Assembly (NCBI GenBank): GCA_964532525.1
Contig: CAZHIM010000006.1
Location: forward strand, 46,309 to 110,308
Origin: an uncultured Bifidobacteriaceae bacterium
Lineage (GTDB): Bacteria > Verrucomicrobiota > Verrucomicrobiia > Limisphaerales > UBA11358
Direction of reading: 5' to 3'
Length of the DNA stretch: 64,000 nucleotides
A model generated the notes under the pieces. The model saw only the letters and a program-made list of their open reading frames with translations, was not told where the DNA came from and searched no databases. Shown piece by piece: positions 60,767 to 64,000 of the stretch. Each line of letters starts with the position of its first letter. The first letter of the stretch is position 1. The translations under genes and the position numbers were made by a program.

Positions 60767-62713
60767 ATGAGCAAAAAAGTATTGTTGACCAGCGTCTGTC
60801 GTCCCATGGGTCCGCATCAAGGGGATGCGGCTTCCGTGGGCTACGAACTGCTTTACCGCCAAGTCACCCGGGCCCAGGGAATTTTCAGCCCGCGCACGGT
60901 GAACGTCCATTTTGGTCTGGACTACATTGCCGAGAATCTCGACACCCCGGCGGTGGTGCTGCAATACCCGTCCAAGCGCGAACTCATCAAGGAACTCAAG
61001 CAGGGCTACGATTACGTGGGCATCAGCTTCATGATGGCGCTGATGCACAAGATGAAGGAGATCGTCGCCCTGATCCGCCAATACGCGCCCAACAGCAAGA
61101 TCGTCCTGGGCGGCTACGGGACGGTCTTGAAGGATGACGTGCTCAAGCCGTATGCCGACTTCATCTGCCGCGAGGAGGGCGTGGCCTATTTTCGCCGCCT
61201 GCTGGGCGAGCCGGAAATTCCCATGCCCTACCGGCACCCATTGATGGTCAGCTACCTGAAAGTGTTCGGCTGGAAAGTGTCCGGCACGGGCAAAATCTTT
61301 GCCGGACTCGGCTGCCCCAACGGCTGCGACTTCTGCTGCACCTCGCATTTCTTTTCGCGCAAGCACATCAAGCTGCTGCCCAGCGGGCGCGATATTTACA
61401 ACGTGGTGCAACGCTATTTCGATCTGGATCCCAGCCTGGTCTTCCTGATTCTGGACGAGGACTTCCTGCTCAACAAAAAACGCGCCATGGAATTTCGCGA
61501 GTGCGTTTTGCAGGGCGCCAAGAAGCCCTCGATCTTCGCCTTCTCCAGCATCAAGGCCATCAGCCAATACACCGTCGAGGAAATCCTGGAGATGGGCATT
61601 GACGGCTTTTGGATCGGCTACGAAGGCACGCGGTCGAATTATGCCAAGCAACAAGGCCGGCCGGTGGAGGACATCCTCGCCGAATTCCGCGCGCACGGCA
61701 TCACTGTGCTGACCTCGATGATCGTCGGCTTTGATTACCAGACGCCGGAAGTCGTCGCGCAGGAACTGGACGGGCTGATGAAGCTCAAGCCCGACCTCGC
61801 CCAGTTCTTGATATACGGCCCGGTGCCCGGCACGCCGTTTTACGAACGCGTCATCAAGGAGAATTTGCTGCAGGACGTTTACACCAGCGACAAGGATCTG
61901 TTTTATCGGCGCGCGGACGGCTTCCACACCATGATCAAACATCCCACGCTCTCGCCGGCGGAGATTGAGCAGCTCCAGACCTGGTGTTTTGAGCAGGATT
62001 TTCAACGGCTCGGCCCCAGCATCTACCGGGTGCTGGAAACACGTTTCCTCGGCTACCTGAAACTCAAGGATTCCTCCAATCCGGTTTTGCGGCAGAAGGC
62101 CGAATACTATGCCCGGGAATTGCGCTTCGCGTATCCGGTGTTTCTCGCCGGCCGGCTGCTGGGACCGAATGCCGCCGTGCGCAAATGGATCGGCGATCTG
62201 GAGCGGCGCATCCGCGCGGAACTGGGGCAACCGAGCCTCGCCCAGCGATTAAAATCCGTCCTGGCCGTGGGGGCGGCGATCTGGACGGGAGTCACTTTGC
62301 GATTCGATTTCTTGCAGCATCCCAAATTGCAGCGGACGACCTACCGCCTGCCGGAAAAGGGTTGGAGCGCCTTTGAGCTGTGGGAACAATTCCAAAAGAA
62401 GCATTCCGCCCGGAATTTTTCCATTCAGGTCGAGTTGCAACACGCCAAGCAGCAAGTCTGGATGCGCCTGGAAGGCGGTCTATCTTCGTCGGACGCGGAA
62501 CACCTCGGCGTGCGGCTGCGCGATTCCCTGGCCCGGAGCAAGAACCGGCTGGTGCTCGATTTGCACAAGCTGCACTGGGACAAGGCGGAAGATCTCCGGC
62601 CGTTGACTGAAAAGCTTGCCGCCTATCGCTCGCGCATCCGGGTGGTGTTGCCCAAACTATCGGCGGCCCACCCCGAACTGCTCCTGCTGGCCAGCATGTT
62701 TCATCATTACTGA
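60767..62713 (+). CDS. B12-binding-domain radical SAM protein with STAS-like C-terminal domain
   Basis: N-terminal B12-binding-like region (YDYVGISFMMALMH...IVLGGYG). Radical SAM cluster motif CPNGCDFC. The C-terminal ~100 aa FSIQVELQHAKQQVWMRLEGGLSSSDAEHLGVRLRDSLARSKNRLVLDLHKLHWDKAEDLRPL fits a SpoIIAA/STAS-like pattern. Confidence 0.75.
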   Translation: MSKKVLLTSVCRPMGPHQGDAASVGYELLYRQVTRAQGIFSPRTVNVHFGLDYIAENLDTPAVVLQYPSKRELIKELKQGYDYVGISFMMALMHKMKEIVALIRQYAPNSKIVLGGYGTVLKDDVLKPYADFICREEGVAYFRRLLGEPEIPMPYRHPLMVSYLKVFGWKVSGTGKIFAGLGCPNGCDFCCTSHFFSRKHIKLLPSGRDIYNVVQRYFDLDPSLVFLILDEDFLLNKKRAMEFRECVLQGAKKPSIFAFSSIKAISQYTVEEILEMGIDGFWIGYEGTRSNYAKQQGRPVEDILAEFRAHGITVLTSMIVGFDYQTPEVVAQELDGLMKLKPDLAQFLIYGPVPGTPFYERVIKENLLQDVYTSDKDLFYRRADGFHTMIKHPTLSPAEIEQLQTWCFEQDFQRLGPSIYRVLETRFLGYLKLKDSSNPVLRQKAEYYARELRFAYPVFLAGRLLGPNAAVRKWIGDLERRIRAELGQPSLAQRLKSVLAVGAAIWTGVTLRFDFLQHPKLQRTTYRLPEKGWSAFELWEQFQKKHSARNFSIQVELQHAKQQVWMRLEGGLSSSDAEHLGVRLRDSLARSKNRLVLDLHKLHWDKAEDLRPLTEKLAAYRSRIRVVLPKLSAAHPELLLLASMFHHY

Positions 62714-63051
62714 CCTGGCAGTTTAACCCCGTGGCTCGGTAACTGGCGCCATATTGCAGGGCGTGCCGTTGGTGGTCAGGGATTCGACGGGATGTGGCAA
62801 ATCGCTTCCCAGAAGACATTGCTGCGCTCTGCTCCGATGCGTGGCAGGGTTTGATTTCAAGCGGCGCCGTATGCAAATGCACGCATCCGCAAGGTGATGC
62901 GCCGAGGTTCCCAGGGTTCGCTTTTCTTCACCCGCCACGGTAGCCACAACGATGCACGGCTCGATTCAAGGCCGAAAGATTCGCGCATTCAGCCATGCTC
63001 CAATCGTGACATTTTCCATCAATTCAGCCCATACTCATATCCTTGAATGTC

Positions 63052-64000
63052 ATGGGCGACGAAAGCGCAGCTTTGCCAGCCGGCCGGGAGCCAAAAGCTC
63101 TGGGCGAAAGGCTGGTTTCCATCTTGGACGGAGGATTTTTCCGTCCCTTGTCGCGCCCAACGGCCGCCATCTACATTGACTGCGCCGACCGGCTGGCCGA
63201 GGCGGCGGATGAGGGCGGGCAGATCCCCCACGCCGAGGCCCGGGCGCTGATCCGGGAGGTGTTGTCGCAGCATCCGGACCTTGAACTGGACGCGGACGAG
63301 GGCGGGCAGTTTCGCGATCTGAACCAGCGGGCCAGCCAGTTTTTTAACAAGCTCATCGAAGTTCACTGGCTGGAGCCGCGCCGGGTCAGCCTGGACGAAT
63401 ATTACGTGCTGATCGTTCCGGCCCTCCGGCAACTGCTGCGCCTGCTGCGCGAACTGGCGGAAAACCGCCCCGCCGAACTCAAGGATTTCGCAGCCACCCT
63501 GCGCTCGCTCTGCCGCGATTTGCTGACCGAAAAGGCGCTCGATCCGGCCCAACTGGGCCCGGAGGAAATGCGCCAAACCATCAAGGATCTGCTGGAACGC
63601 ACGGGGCGCGCCGGGGACCAGATGCACGCGGTGGAGACGCTCGTGCTCCAGCACGCCACCGCGCAACGCACGAGCCTTTCCGCCCAACAGACGCTGCAAC
63701 GCTTTCTGGTGGATTTCCACCTGGGCGAACACATGGTCTGCTACGACGCCTTGCAGGAGGCCGGTCTGCTGCCGCGCCTGAATCAAGCCCGCACCGTCGC
63801 CCAAGACGCGCTTTACGATCCGTTCACCAAACAACGACTGGCCGAAGGCCTGGCAAAGCACCTCAATCTCGGTGCCACCGCCGCCTTTGAAGAAGCCGAG
63901 CGCTGGCTCGTCCGCCTGGACCGTCAGCTCGCGGCCATTCCGGTCAAGCAGCGGCTCATTGACGGGCGCATGGCGGAGTTCAGCCGCCTGTCCGCAGCGC
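63052..64000 (+). CDS. hypothetical alpha-helical protein, 5' part (runs off right edge)
   Basis: Own translation from the ATG at 63052 is open to the window end (316 codons): MGDESAALPAGREPKALGERLVSILDGGFFRPLSRPTAAIYIDCADRLAEAADEGG...NKLIEVHWLEPRRVSLDEYYVLIVPALRQLLRLL. It is absent from the ORF track because it has no stop in the window. Confidence 0.6.
   Translation, partial: MGDESAALPAGREPKALGERLVSILDGGFFRPLSRPTAAIYIDCADRLAEAADEGGQIPHAEARALIREVLSQHPDLELDADEGGQFRDLNQRASQFFNKLIEVHWLEPRRVSLDEYYVLIVPALRQLLRLLRELAENRPAELKDFAATLRSLCRDLLTEKALDPAQLGPEEMRQTIKDLLERTGRAGDQMHAVETLVLQHATAQRTSLSAQQTLQRFLVDFHLGEHMVCYDALQEAGLLPRLNQARTVAQDALYDPFTKQRLAEGLAKHLNLGATAAFEEAERWLVRLDRQLAAIPVKQRLIDGRMAEFSRLSAA

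Noticed and set aside
60602-62230. 542-aa minus-strand ORF
   Set aside because: It is antisense to the radical SAM gene, which carries the CxxxCxxC cluster motif. It has no motifs of its own.

Overview
High-GC bacterial chromosome, gene-dense on both strands. My guess is Verrucomicrobiota, Pedosphaera/Limisphaera-like. That guess rests on the prepilin-leader FxDGHV protein family, large secreted proteins ending in FYR, TMTC-like TPR glycosyltransferases and characteristic interspersed GC-rich repeats.

Most of the window is housekeeping or envelope genes: comEC, lepB, a UvrD/PcrA-family helicase, thrH, an M50 protease, plsY-gpsA, pilT, panB, hldA-like, thiG, tRNA-Gly(UCC) and ackA-xfp.

Features that stand out:
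- A sharply lower-GC two-gene cassette at about 20.8-22.5 kb. It encodes a cytosolic C39-like cysteine peptidase with unrecognised flanking domains, plus a translationally coupled 60-aa charged peptide with its own terminator. This is my best candidate for an undescribed system.
- A SWIM zinc-finger plus SNF2 helicase pair next to tRNA-Gly.
- A 1302-aa secreted protein with four copies of an unrecognised ~165-aa module alternating with Ig-like domains. It is bracketed by a 48-bp direct repeat that duplicates the 3' end of a VanZ gene.
- An IS200-like Y1 transposase (RAYT-like) flanked by inverted REP-like hairpins.
- At least three interspersed repeat families.
- An AraC-headed cluster of eight redox or detoxification enzymes, partly low GC.
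- A 1403-aa acyl-CoA-dehydratase-activase-like gene downstream of ackA-xfp.
- A B12-binding radical SAM enzyme fused to a STAS-like C-terminal domain.
- A truncated helical ORF at the right edge.

All calls rest on my own reading of the ORF translations and motifs. No database search was possible. Start codons were chosen by eye and many are uncertain. No rRNA genes or CRISPR arrays were seen.
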